64,000 nt of DNA. Source: Candidatus Parcubacteria bacterium. GTDB lineage: Bacteria > Patescibacteriota > Minisyncoccia > Minisyncoccales > JAGMDC01. Location: assembly GCA_023128895.1 (NCBI GenBank), contig JAGMDC010000002.1:17368-81367 (forward strand), read 5' to 3'. Each line of letters opens with the position of its first letter. Within the stretch, counting starts at the first letter, position 1. The notes under the pieces are model-generated. The model saw nothing but the letters and a program-made list of their open reading frames with translations, searched no databases and was not told where the DNA came from. The position numbers and the translations under genes are program-made. Shown piece after piece: positions 49,701-56,832 of the stretch.

Positions 49701-52700
49701 AAAAGTATTGTCGCCATTGGAAGCGGAACCGATAGTGGAATGTTCGTAGTAAATATAAATATTTTGCAAAGAATCAAGATTGTCCTTAACTTCTACCCAG
49801 AAAGTAGCAGTCTGATTGGGAGTTGTACCTTCTGTTTTTTCCAGCCAATAATCCAGCAAAGTGGTCCCATTATCATCAGCAAATCTAACATCGTCAAAAT
49901 CAGGCTGGCAATTTCCTTCAAGGTGAAAATCATAATTGCTGGCTCCGTTTGATTCCCCTACTTTTATTTTTATTTGATAATCAGCTCCAGCTCCCGATGA
50001 GCCTGAAATCGGTATTTTTTTTCTATAAAGCCAATTAGTGTCATACCAACTGGTGCTGGTAATACTATCCATATCATACCAGGTCTCATCTCCTCCGCCG
50101 CAAGCTGCTCCTTGCATTTGGGCATACTGAAGTTTTAAAGACTGGGTCTGGGCAAGCAAATTCGCGCTTTGAACCTGATTGCTTATTCTGGCTCTTATTA
50201 TCTCGTTATCAGCCACTCCGCTAATTTCTATGTTTGGATCCGCTTTAGCGCTTCCTGGCTGGACATTATTAGCATTATCATACCAGCGATAAGTGGTTTG
50301 ATTAAAAGTGAGAACACTTATGGATTTGGAATTTTTATTATTATTCTCATTGCCCTCGGTAATATTGCCATCCCTGTCAATATGAACATAAATGTCATAA
50401 CTTCCTGAGCTCGTTGGTGTCCAGTTTACCTGGACTGTTTGAGTTATTCCAGAAATTAAATTAGTAATCTCTTGAGCTGAACCTATTTGATTGCCGGTTC
50501 CGTCAGGATCTCCATCATAGAATTTGACTAAAATTTCTGGCTCTTTGTAGGCGCGGAACCAACAATCCCTATAAGAATCCAGCGCGACCCAACCTGAACC
50601 TCCGTCCTGTGCTGCATTATTATCCGGGAAGTCTGAGCCAGTATCTACGTCTGCTGTCCAGCACCAGCAATTGGTAGTACTTGTTCCAGTGCCTTCAGCA
50701 ACAATCCAATATTTTGTTCCGTTGCTTAAGGTAGGAATAGTGGAAAATTCAAAATCATACCAGGTATAAGTAGCGGGACCGCTGGTGGGCTGGAATGTTG
50801 CCGTTGCTATAACATTACTGTCATCAGGCAAATTTCCGCTGTCTCCTTGAATCTTTATTGTCAAAGTGCCTGAAGTGCCGTAAGTTTTAAAATTTAAAGC
50901 CACTCTAGACAATCTAAAATCATATGAAGGAATAAAAGATTGAGCCGTATCTGTAGTTGAATATACATAATAACAGCCGCTTATAATAGCGCTATCATTT
51001 TCCTTATCCCAATGCTGGTCAGTAAAAATCTGACCATAATGACTTCCCCCGCTGTTTCGAACAGTAGCTGAGATAGCAATTTCCTCATTAGCTTCAGGAT
51101 TTTTATCACTAAAAACAATATCGCTTGAATTTAAATAAAAATCAGGAAGGATAGTAAGAGTAGTGGTTCCAGGAATTAGCACGGCAATATCTGGAGAAGC
51201 TGTCCCGCTTGATAGGGTAACATCGCTGGCAGGGGTAGTAATTTGAATCTCCAGGGTTTCACCATCAGCGGCTGATGAGCCAACATCTAAAACTACATAA
51301 ACACACATTGATTGAGTAGTAGAAATCGCCGCTGATGAACCGGTAAATGTTGAGGTACCATTAGCTCCGCTGAACCCATCCGTATCAGTCGAGCCAAATT
51401 GGGATTCAGATCCGCCATAGTCTTCACTCGCGCAATCATAGGGAGTTGTGGTATCAAATTCATAAAATATTTTAATATTGTCAAGATTAGTCTGGGCGTT
51501 AACCGTGCCTTGTTCAGTAATAGTAATACCGGTAACATTGCAAGACCCAATATGGTGCTTGATAACAAAAGTTCCCACACATTCATTAGTGCTTGGAACA
51601 GCCAAATCCGCAACCTGGGAACGAACTGTCGTAACCTCAACATCGCAATGAACCTTTACTTCCACATAGTCTGTTTTGAGAAGATTAGCCGTGTCGCCTG
51701 CTAAGTCTGCATGGGTAGCAACTAAATGAAGATAGCCGCTGGCGTCAATATAATTTGAAAAATCGGATGTATAGATTTTGGTAATTTCCTGGTCAGCTGT
51801 CTTATTAGCATGAGAGCCTACTACTTCCCAGCTAGGGGTACCACTAAAATTCCATATGTACAAATAAGATGTTTTGCTCACCGTATGTCCTTCCCATTTA
51901 ACCTCCATCTTATAAATGGTGCTGGAGCTTTCGGCAATATCGAATTTAAAGTGATGCGTGGCCGAATCAGACCTATCGCCATTGGTTTCATATCTGATAT
52001 CATTAGAAGATTCTATTTCTGTATAAGAAGTTACCTCTGTTTCATCTGTTATCGCTGGACCAGAAGCGGGAGGATGGGTTGCCTCGCTCATTTTTTTATA
52101 AAACCACTTATTGGTTCCTCCTCCACTGGTAAAATTATAAGTAGTGGTCGCATCCGAGGCAATCTGCCACTGCCTCGCCTCCTCAAAAATAGCTGTCTGA
52201 GGCCAGGCCTCGGTCAATTTTAATGGGCCTAATAAATAAAAATAAGGGCTAACATCAGGCGCGTCAAAGGTATATTCCAACTCATAGCTCTCCCCTGCTT
52301 TCCACTGAACATCCCAAACAATACTCTTTTCTTCTTGAACTATGGAGGTTGAACCTCCATAGTTCGTTTCTTCTATCTCAAAACTCGCTGGAATTTGTTC
52401 TATAACCTGCCCGGAAAAATCTTGATTCGCTTTGATTTTCAAAGTCATTTCATAATCCGCCAACGGGTAAATTCTGGTTGGCCCGACTCTTTCCACGTCA
52501 AAAGGCACAAGGTCGCGAGTTTCAAATTGGTCAGTAACTTCGTAGCCGTTATCAAGATTGGTTAATTTTATTTCATACACCCCTGTCCCGGCAATTTGGT
52601 AATAAGCAAAATAATCCGGTTTATCAATAACATTGTTTGGCCCGCATTCTTCTGACATTTGAACTTCCGGGCTGGTTACCCAGCCTTCGGGAGAAATAAT

Positions 52701-54632
52701 TTCTAATTTTAAATTCGCGTCGCAAATAGTATGGCCGTTATCCATAAGAGCCGCCATCTGCAAATAAGCTTCCTCTCCGGGTAAATAAATTGACTTGTTC
52801 GTATTTATCGCCAAAACTCCCCAGCTGAAATCTCTTTCAAGTTCCTGAACATTTCCTTGCTCCTCAATTCTTAAAATAATTTTATAGAGACCTGGTTTAA
52901 ATCCTTTCGGTTTTCTTATTTTTAACAAAAATTCGCCGTTGTTTTCTAAAACAAAATCAGGTAAAATTTCAAGAGTTTCTCCTTCTGAATTTATAACTCG
53001 GACAGATGTATTAATATTTTCCCAATAGTTAATAAGGTTTAAAGCTTCTCCAACCGAAGCTAAAAACCCTTCATTAATTTTTTTGTAATGAAACTGGAAT
53101 TCTGGTTCCTCATTTCCCTCAAAATCTTTTTTAAAAGTAAGCAAGGCAATTTCTGGCTCCTCAACCTTTTTTTCCTCTTCATAGATTGCCTCCAACCAAA
53201 TACTATCAAGATAAATTGATAATTCTTTTCCTTGAGGATTATTAGTTAAAGCAGTAAATTTTATTTTAAGCAGCTCAAAATTTTCCCAGTTAAGACTTGA
53301 AGGAAGTTCAAAATAGAAATACCCTGAATTTTGAGCATTGGAATATCCTTGATTTTGCTGAAGAGTAACTATGTTATTCCAATTTTCGCCATTTAAAGAC
53401 CAATCAATCAAGAGCTCGTCATCTTCTCCTTCTCGCCCCTGACTGGCAAAAGAAATACCAACTCTGGCTTCCTTAAGAGCTCCTATCCGTTCGGGCAGGA
53501 CAAAACCGGAATAAGTGACGCTTGACTGATTAAGAAAAATAGTTACTTCTTCATCTTTTACTTCCTCTTCTATTTTTTCTTCTATTTTTTCCTCGCCTTC
53601 TTCAAAAATCTCTCCATCAACTGTCGGAAGAATTATTTCTGGTTCTTCGTCCTCAAATTCCTCTTCCGTTTCCTCTTCCGTTTCCTCTTCCGTTTCCTCT
53701 TCCGTTTCCTCTTCCGTTTCCTCTTCTGCTGTTTCCTCTTCTGTTGTTTCCTCTTCTGTTGTTTCCTCTTCTGCTGTTTCCTCTTCTGCTGTTTCCTCTT
53801 CTGCTGTTTCCTCTTCTGCTGTTTCCTCTTCAGGTTCTCCAATTTCTTGTACCGTATCGCTCACCTCTTGCAACTCATCATTAGTAATTCCGGTTTCCAT
53901 TTCCTGGGCTGAAACCCAAGATAAAAAGGAAAATCTGGAAAAAAACTTTTGAAGAAAAGTCTGCTCTTCCAGCGGCATTTCCTCTTCAGTTGTTTCCTCT
54001 TCAGTTGTTTCCTCTTCAGTTGTTTCCTCTTCTGCTGTTTCCTCTTCTGCTGTTTCCTCTTCTGCTGTTTCCTCTTCTGCTGTTTCCTCTTCTGGCGGCA
54101 CAGTAAGGAAAGTAATTTCTTTAACATTTAAAAAACATGAATTTTCTGAATTAAATTCAGCCGGAAAGGATTCCTCGTCCAATTCTCGAATCAAAGCGTT
54201 TTGGCCATTCTGACAACTTACCTCGCCATCGCCAGTAGATAAATTTTCCTCCCAAACAGTAGGAAAAATTTCTATTTTTACTTCATTAGAAGGAATAGCA
54301 TAAATAACTAAAGCAGAAAAACCGGCAAAAAGAAATATAATGGCTGACAATGCATAACGAGGGCTTTTTAAAAAAATATCGGTTAACTTTTTATACCAAA
54401 AAATTCTTTGAGCCTTGGAATATTTGCTCAATTTCTTTTTTTTCTCTTTCTTGGTCTGATACTTAGCTATTGCTTCGCTGGTGGTAAACCAGTTCCTTCC
54501 CAAGGAAACCGCTTTGCCTTTTATCTTCCCTTTTCTAATTAAATATCCGATATAGTCCGGGGCATAGCCAGATATTTTGGCTGCCTCTTTGAGAGAAATA
54601 TATTTATTTTTATCTGTTTTCTTTTTTTTCAT
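40740..54632 (-). CDS. giant (4630-aa) membrane-anchored surface protein with HTH, TM helix, acidic repeats, DUF2341/LamG, 14 RCC1 repeats, beta-helix-like repeats and a WxL-like C-terminus
   Basis: Uninterrupted 13.9-kb ORF. N-terminal KYISLKEAAKISGYAPDYIGYLIRKGKIKG (HTH_17-like). TM helix ALSAIIFLFAGFSALVIYAI. (EETA)n arrays. WYDTNWLYRKKIPISG...DDVRFADDNGTTLLDYW...FWVEV (DUF2341). 14 copies of YHTCAV-x-NAGNAYCWG-x5-GRLGDG. Confidence 0.85.
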   Translation of the reverse strand: MKKKKTDKNKYISLKEAAKISGYAPDYIGYLIRKGKIKGKAVSLGRNWFTTSEAIAKYQTKKEKKKKLSKYSKAQRIFWYKKLTDIFLKSPRYALSAIIFLFAGFSALVIYAIPSNEVKIEIFPTVWEENLSTGDGEVSCQNGQNALIRELDEESFPAEFNSENSCFLNVKEITFLTVPPEEETAEEETAEEETAEEETAEEETTEEETTEEETTEEEMPLEEQTFLQKFFSRFSFLSWVSAQEMETGITNDELQEVSDTVQEIGEPEEETAEEETAEEETAEEETAEEETTEEETTEEETAEEETEEETEEETEEETEEETEEEFEDEEPEIILPTVDGEIFEEGEEKIEEKIEEEVKDEEVTIFLNQSSVTYSGFVLPERIGALKEARVGISFASQGREGEDDELLIDWSLNGENWNNIVTLQQNQGYSNAQNSGYFYFELPSSLNWENFELLKIKFTALTNNPQGKELSIYLDSIWLEAIYEEEKKVEEPEIALLTFKKDFEGNEEPEFQFHYKKINEGFLASVGEALNLINYWENINTSVRVINSEGETLEILPDFVLENNGEFLLKIRKPKGFKPGLYKIILRIEEQGNVQELERDFSWGVLAINTNKSIYLPGEEAYLQMAALMDNGHTICDANLKLEIISPEGWVTSPEVQMSEECGPNNVIDKPDYFAYYQIAGTGVYEIKLTNLDNGYEVTDQFETRDLVPFDVERVGPTRIYPLADYEMTLKIKANQDFSGQVIEQIPASFEIEETNYGGSTSIVQEEKSIVWDVQWKAGESYELEYTFDAPDVSPYFYLLGPLKLTEAWPQTAIFEEARQWQIASDATTTYNFTSGGGTNKWFYKKMSEATHPPASGPAITDETEVTSYTEIESSNDIRYETNGDRSDSATHHFKFDIAESSSTIYKMEVKWEGHTVSKTSYLYIWNFSGTPSWEVVGSHANKTADQEITKIYTSDFSNYIDASGYLHLVATHADLAGDTANLLKTDYVEVKVHCDVEVTTVRSQVADLAVPSTNECVGTFVIKHHIGSCNVTGITITEQGTVNAQTNLDNIKIFYEFDTTTPYDCASEDYGGSESQFGSTDTDGFSGANGTSTFTGSSAAISTTQSMCVYVVLDVGSSAADGETLEIQITTPASDVTLSSGTASPDIAVLIPGTTTLTILPDFYLNSSDIVFSDKNPEANEEIAISATVRNSGGSHYGQIFTDQHWDKENDSAIISGCYYVYSTTDTAQSFIPSYDFRLSRVALNFKTYGTSGTLTIKIQGDSGNLPDDSNVIATATFQPTSGPATYTWYDFEFSTIPTLSNGTKYWIVAEGTGTSTTNCWCWTADVDTGSDFPDNNAAQDGGSGWVALDSYRDCWFRAYKEPEILVKFYDGDPDGTGNQIGSAQEITNLISGITQTVQVNWTPTSSGSYDIYVHIDRDGNITEGNENNNKNSKSISVLTFNQTTYRWYDNANNVQPGSAKADPNIEISGVADNEIIRARISNQVQSANLLAQTQSLKLQYAQMQGAACGGGDETWYDMDSITSTSWYDTNWLYRKKIPISGSSGAGADYQIKIKVGESNGASNYDFHLEGNCQPDFDDVRFADDNGTTLLDYWLEKTEGTTPNQTATFWVEVKDNLDSLQNIYIYYEHSTIGSASNGDNTFIFFDDFPDAAINGTKWTSATVGNGSITVADSLAKLHNSGDPSEAKITTNNSFAFGNITEIKAKIKTGNNDYTVIGLKDTDNYLYQFVNYAPAWEVARKYFQLKKSGTSVNRDLIIAFDTWYEIKMFSRGNFAEYWQGDTLIHKETYSSYCPSSTATAPILLQAHGFAPAITDHLQADWVKVRKYAYPEPEIGTSESQESTTTQATLWKGDNSNTTPSDGDPITSSLLDSQSNALESYEEENCSVANPAEITSTSKGEWDWVIKNNGAPDSTAYCFRMIEDDGVSFTTYTNYPKLTTSGVGIIVSGVAYTDEGSNTLNTSGGAIKLVNSTTGDTFSDSDGTDASGNWSISVTTTPSAGDVLTIWIDGASADGTLVFKYGDGCAGGNCTGLHLYQNRVIIRNEHTVNVTNADLADCDNDTTTTGTECEDTEIGFTSDLSGTYNLVVSDTRKLYIWTTDTFEPGGTVTTSPSNDGTDTNVNGDLLIQSGAALSMGANALSIGGDYTNYGTFSKSSGQDTSFTATASGFEITENIFEDAIFSGSNGGWSFTDSAIINGNLTMTAGTLSNTSNLTVKGGTADGSGILTFSDGTHLANIKTISAGAYHTCAVSNAGNAYCWGSDGNGRLGDGGTTEKSVPQRVHKGEAASGDFDTDWLANVKSISAGGYHTCAVSNAGNAYCWGEGGNGRLGDGGTTEKLVPQRVHKGEAASGDFDTDWLANVKSISAGDYHTCAVSNAGNAYCWGYALYGQLGDGQAETKSVPQRVHKGEAASSDFDTDWLANVKSISAGAGYESGKSHTCAVSYAGNAYCWGESEDGRLGDGQIADDKSVPQRVHKGEAVSGDYDSTETWLANVKSISAGSYHTCAVSNAGNTYCWGDALYGQLGDGQKVDKSDPQRVHQGEAVSGDYDGTHLANIKIINAGNGYTCAVSNAGNPYCWGAADNGRLGNGQTSGDYTTPVRALKGEAAASDIADMDLLGDVKPISAGGHHTCAVSNAGNAYCWGVAGNGRLGDGQTTTDKSIPQRAHKGEAATSDTAVADFFNNIKIISAGGHHTCAVSNTNNAYCWGMAANGRLGDGQTTVDKTTPVRVLKGEAVIGDHDGINLTSVKTISARNGYTCAVSNADNIYCWGDGADGRLGDGQTADKSVPQRVHKGEAASGDYDADWLANVKNISTANAHTCAVSNASNAYCWGYAGYGQLGDGQETETPQTTPQRVHKGEAVTGDFDTDWLANVQSIAAGANHSCAVSHAGNAYCWGYAGNGRLGDGQTAIKSIPQRVHKGEAVSGDYDTDWLINVKSISADYRHTCAVSHAGNAYCWGYALDGRLGDGQETDKTVPQRVHKGEAVSGDYDTDWLANAKSISTGYHHTCAVSNAGNAYCWGYPANGRLGDGQTTLDKTTPVRVLKGEAVTGDHDNTNLTNIKTIIAGYYHGCAWSNADNAYCWGVAGNGQLGDGQISDKSVPQRVHKGKGEESVSDFLRPIFTLISSGNFGGSNAWTFVSLSFGDGSTSGTSASQNSGAISVSNLLIIESSHILNAGSKTWTLSGSGTPFTNKGTFTASTSTVAYEGTSATTITALTGSNKYNNLTIGNVSDNNTVTYTSGGNTDVGGNFLITSSGTGTHTFVAPSSLAVAGNWTNNDAFTHNSGTVNFNGAGAQTINSSNSWYDLSITTSTARTITFESDVAITQTIVSGGSLTLTGISGQLLTLAPSAPTTQWLLNLNAAATESISYVSVSYSNANSGDTIQAADGTNDNGGNNENWNFGVGITVSGVAYTDEGSNTLNTSGGAIKLVNSTTGVAFSDSNGTDASGNWSISVTTTPSAGDVLTIWINGATGGEKGTIVLKYGDGCTGGDCTGLHLYQNRVIIRNEHTGSVTNANLADCDNNSTTTGIECTDAQIGFTSDLSGTYNLVVSDTRKLYVWTTDTFEPGGTVTTSPSNDGTDTNVDGDIHIEGTGILTMGANALSVGGDFYNEGTFNKTNPQTTTFTATATGHTITDGGENFDTIIFNGTNGGWSFADSTIIDVDLTMTAGTLSGTNDITAKGDVKCGASCGTISLTSASTFKQSVGTSKSFGPQIVGANNWTFYNLIFDSSAGTPTITFNGTNTGTFTVSNDLTLTNTGTSLAVDNNTNNRILDINNDVSIGAGVTFSAAPSAAFTVGGSWTNSGAFTHGSGTVTFDAVDAGHTVNAGSSSFSNVIFSGVSGEWSPLTNTMTIIGDLTMTNGIFNTTSGTANVTANGDVKCGASCGVISMTTTNTFKQSVGTSKSFGPQIAGADNWIFYNLIFDSSAGTPTITFNGTNTGTFTVSNDLTLTNTGTSLAVDNNTNNRILDINNDVSIGAGVTFSAAPSAAFTIGGSWTNSGAFTHGSGTVTFDAAADTKTLSGTLNGSSAFHNLTFGQTSGTATWNLSSALEVNNDLTIDFGTLGQGAHNINLDKNLAINANGNFTSGTGIFIFDGTTGPYTWTNAAAIDDLGAVEINGTTLVINLGSSVKAASVNIYVSQTLSANGSNTLTLTGSGTPLTRGGTFTASTGTVEYTSGSGVTALASAAMTGSNAFNNLIINGTGTFTLGVDIESGNDLTVTSGTLAGTNNVTAKGNITGAGTVTLTSGTFEQIVALNKTFGSSSGANNWTFNNLKFNNSDGAATRAITPNAGTGDIIISGTLTLGDSGTQTITFDNETSNDRVFDINGSILISSQGIFSASSTASFRVAANFTNNGTFTANSGTVTFDTTGISVLDGSGTPAITFHNFTSTTAGKTLKFTATKTFQINGNFLIQGADSNQIIINSTTTTQWLINHQGTEDVTYAHISNSGCAGSSTNISLENTSTDGGNNGSCWLFPSLSFTLDAASKSLDLNSVNTFTATATTTLTVSTTATFGYNLTAYETDNMRHTAYSSVTISDWAGTNAVPTVWTGTCIDNTQCGWGYNTGDADLTQFAANEYAGFVGSSQAPGDIVAKSTAPVTNDATTITYRASVLATQSAGPYKTTIIYIVTPEF
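42600..43590. repeat. two near-identical ~585-bp tandem units inside the giant gene
   Basis: 42631-42885 and 43216-43470 are almost identical; the track antisense ORFs differ at 3 of 84 aa. Offset is 585 bp (195 aa). Confidence 0.9.
43880..44430. repeat. dispersed ~550-bp direct repeat, copy A (partner at 48260-48808)
   Basis: Encodes G-I-T/I-VSGVAYTDEGSNTLNTSGGAIKLVNSTTG...TDTFEPGGTVTTSPSNDGTDTNV in both copies. Offset is about 4378 bp. The two copies flank the RCC1 array. Confidence 0.85.
45300..47945 (-). repeat. array of 14 RCC1-type repeats
   Basis: 14 CWG-x4-5-G-[RQ]-LG-[DN]-G cores were counted in the translation. Period is about 50-60 aa. Confidence 0.85.
48260..48808. repeat. dispersed ~550-bp direct repeat, copy B
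   Basis: See 43880-44430. Confidence 0.85.
53650..53835. repeat. 12-nt tandem array encoding (EET[AET])n, array 2
   Basis: ttcctcttc[ct]g[ct]tg units are visible. Confidence 0.9.
53985..54095. repeat. 12-nt tandem array encoding (EET[AT])n, array 1
   Basis: Same unit as 53650-53835. Confidence 0.9.
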
Positions 54633-54761
54633 TTTTAAAATCTCGAGAAGAATCTCGAGAGCCGAGATTCTTAATTCTACCTATATTTTAACAGATTTTT
54701 AGAAAATTAGACATTGTGGATAAGTTAAGCCAATTTTATTCATCTGATTATTCCCATTATT

Positions 54762-54797
54762 AAAAATCCCCACACATTTTGTAAAATGTATGGGGAT
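54762..54797 (-). terminator. terminator after the ykgJ-like gene
   Basis: ~14-bp inverted repeat ATCCCCACACATTTT/AAAATGTATGGGGAT followed by a U-run in minus sense. Confidence 0.65.
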
Positions 54798-54823
54798 GTA
54801 AAAAAATTTTAAGAAAACAAACG

Positions 54824-55090
54824 CTAATCAAATCTAAACCCGCATTTATCGTTTGTAATACATTCAGATTTAGTTCTCGGATATTTTCTGCAATTCAGGG
54901 GTCTTATCAAATAAATAGAACAATAAGATTTTCCATCAGATTTGAATTTTAGAAAAGGGCATTGAATAGGCAGCCTGCAGCATTCGCCGCAATTAATGCA
55001 TTTTCCTTTCCTGTTTTTGGCAATGGGCAATACGGAACACAAAGTCCTTTTCATTTTCGCATACCATGTATTTTTCTTTTTGTCTACCAT
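54824..55090 (-). CDS. YkgJ-family CxxCxxCC cysteine-cluster protein
   Basis: 88 aa. CINCGECCRLP motif. Confidence 0.7.
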   Translation of the reverse strand: MVDKKKNTWYAKMKRTLCSVLPIAKNRKGKCINCGECCRLPIQCPFLKFKSDGKSYCSIYLIRPLNCRKYPRTKSECITNDKCGFRFD

Positions 55091-55126
55091 ATTTTTATTG
55101 ACAAACGAATTTTAATTATGGCAAAT

Positions 55127-55483
55127 TCATTTTTGTTCTTCTATGGAATTTTCTATTTCATCCATTTCTTTCATAATTGCCTGATAGAGTTTTTTCTTAT
55201 TTTCATTCCATGCTTGCGTTCGAGCAGCTTCAAAATTTTCATCTGCTGCTTTTCTATACCCTGCATCAAAATACAGACGTGCTCGCCGAAGATTAAATTG
55301 AATTGGCGCTTCAGGATCATCTGATTTTTCAACTTGTTTCTCTTGTTCGATTGTCCAACTAAGTAGAAGCTTTCTGGCTTCAGGGTCTTCTACTCCTTTT
55401 TCTTTGAGTAGTCGAATTAACTTTTGTTCGGGTTCCTCTTCTTTTTTAAATTCAAATGTTGGTAATTTTTCTCTCATTGTCAA
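55127..55483 (-). CDS. hypothetical acidic protein
   Basis: 118-aa ORF overlapping the upstream HAD gene by 4 nt. No motif recognised. Confidence 0.4.
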   Translation of the reverse strand: MTMREKLPTFEFKKEEEPEQKLIRLLKEKGVEDPEARKLLLSWTIEQEKQVEKSDDPEAPIQFNLRRARLYFDAGYRKAADENFEAARTQAWNENKKKLYQAIMKEMDEIENSIEEQK

Positions 55484-56142
55484 AATTTCTTTAATACTTC
55501 TATCAATTCACTTAGATTGTGGATTAAATAATCCGGCTCGGCCGCCCTTAATCTTGAAGTTGAATGATAACCCCTTGTGATTGCAATAGTCGTCAATCCA
55601 AACTTTTTGCCTATCTCTATTTCTTCGGGAGAATCGCCAATGATTAATGTTTCGCTTGGTTTATAATTATGCTTCTCTAAGTAATCCTTAAGCTTTTCTT
55701 TTTTATTACGTCTTTTCATTGAGCTATCCAATGCGGAATTAGCTAGCACTTCAAAGATATACTTATTTATTTTTAGTCGATTGAGCTGATTATTGATGCC
55801 TTTAATTGTATGATTGCTAAGGATAACTGATTTAATGGAGTGGTGACTGAGCCATTTTAGCAATAACTTTGCCCCTTGCCGTAATCTGCATTTGGCGGCT
55901 CTTAGTTCATAAAATGAATGGAAAACTTCGCCTAATTTCTGTGATTTTCTTTGTAATTCTTCTTTGTCGCATCCATGTTGAGTGTAAAAATCAATAGCTG
56001 GAATGATCATCGTATCTCTATATGTTTTAAGATCTACGGGTGTGCCGCCAAATATTTTTAATACATGATTATCTGCATCCATACAGGCACGAGTGTCGGA
56101 AAGTAATGTGCCATTCCAGTCGAATATAATTAACTTTTTCAT
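55480..56142 (-). CDS. HAD-superfamily hydrolase
   Basis: 220 aa. Motif I variant IIFDWNGTLL and motif IV IIGDSPEEIE. Confidence 0.75.
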   Translation of the reverse strand: MKKLIIFDWNGTLLSDTRACMDADNHVLKIFGGTPVDLKTYRDTMIIPAIDFYTQHGCDKEELQRKSQKLGEVFHSFYELRAAKCRLRQGAKLLLKWLSHHSIKSVILSNHTIKGINNQLNRLKINKYIFEVLANSALDSSMKRRNKKEKLKDYLEKHNYKPSETLIIGDSPEEIEIGKKFGLTTIAITRGYHSTSRLRAAEPDYLIHNLSELIEVLKKF

Positions 56143-56187
56143 AATGATATTTTACTTTTGATTTGAGTCGGCCAAAATCAATTTCAA

Positions 56188-56832
56188 TTAATGCCCGAGC
56201 GGCGGGATTTCAAGAACAAAAAGGGCACGCGGGAAAATTCCAAAAAGTTTAAACTTTTTTTGCTCAATAATTTTCAAATTAAATCTTTTAAAAATTGCTT
56301 GCCACTCGGAAGCCCTCTTAAAATTAAAAGGCATATTTTCTCGAGGAGGTCTAAAAAGTTGGAAAAGATTAAATAAAATATCTAAAAAAGATTGAAGTTT
56401 CTTTTGCCAAAAATTTTCATAGAGTTCCTCAAAAATAATCACTCTTGATTTACTAACCCTTATCGCTTCACCCAAAATCCTCTCCGGTTTATCACAATGA
56501 TGAAGAACAGAAATAAGCAAAGAAATATCAAAACTATGAGCAGCAAAGGGAATGGTTTTGCCGTCATATAAAACAAACGGCAAATTTATCTGATTAAAAT
56601 CAATCACATCAAGAAGAGTAATTTTGGCTTTTCTTTTTTTAGAAATATTTTTAGCGATAAAACCTCGCCCGGCTCCGATATCTAAAACCGTTGAACCAAA
56701 AGGAACAAAATTTTCAAAAAGAGCAGAATATTTCTTTGCTCTTCTTTCTCGTACTTTTTTAATAATTTTTTGAACAATTTTCATTTTGCCAATTTCTGCA
56801 TTTCTTCTTTGATAATTTTCCTTTCGTCCCAT
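56188..56832 (-). CDS. class I SAM-dependent methyltransferase
   Basis: VLDIGAGRGF motif I. Start taken at M105 (56832) or M121 (56784); the track's longer N-terminus runs through GC-rich non-coding sequence. Confidence 0.7.
   Translation of the reverse strand: MGRKENYQRRNAEIGKMKIVQKIIKKVRERRAKKYSALFENFVPFGSTVLDIGAGRGFIAKNISKKRKAKITLLDVIDFNQINLPFVLYDGKTIPFAAHSFDISLLISVLHHCDKPERILGEAIRVSKSRVIIFEELYENFWQKKLQSFLDILFNLFQLFRPPRENMPFNFKRASEWQAIFKRFNLKIIEQKKFKLFGIFPRALFVLEIPPLGH

Noticed and set aside
41494-52223. Many 60-240-aa plus-strand ORFs inside the giant gene (for example 41494..42222, 43497..43994, 51810..52223), and alternative-frame minus ORFs (43706, 46682, 48482, 48917, 51293, 53633, 53861).
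   Set aside because: These are shadow ORFs of a long repetitive coding region. Their translations are low-complexity and mirror the repeats.
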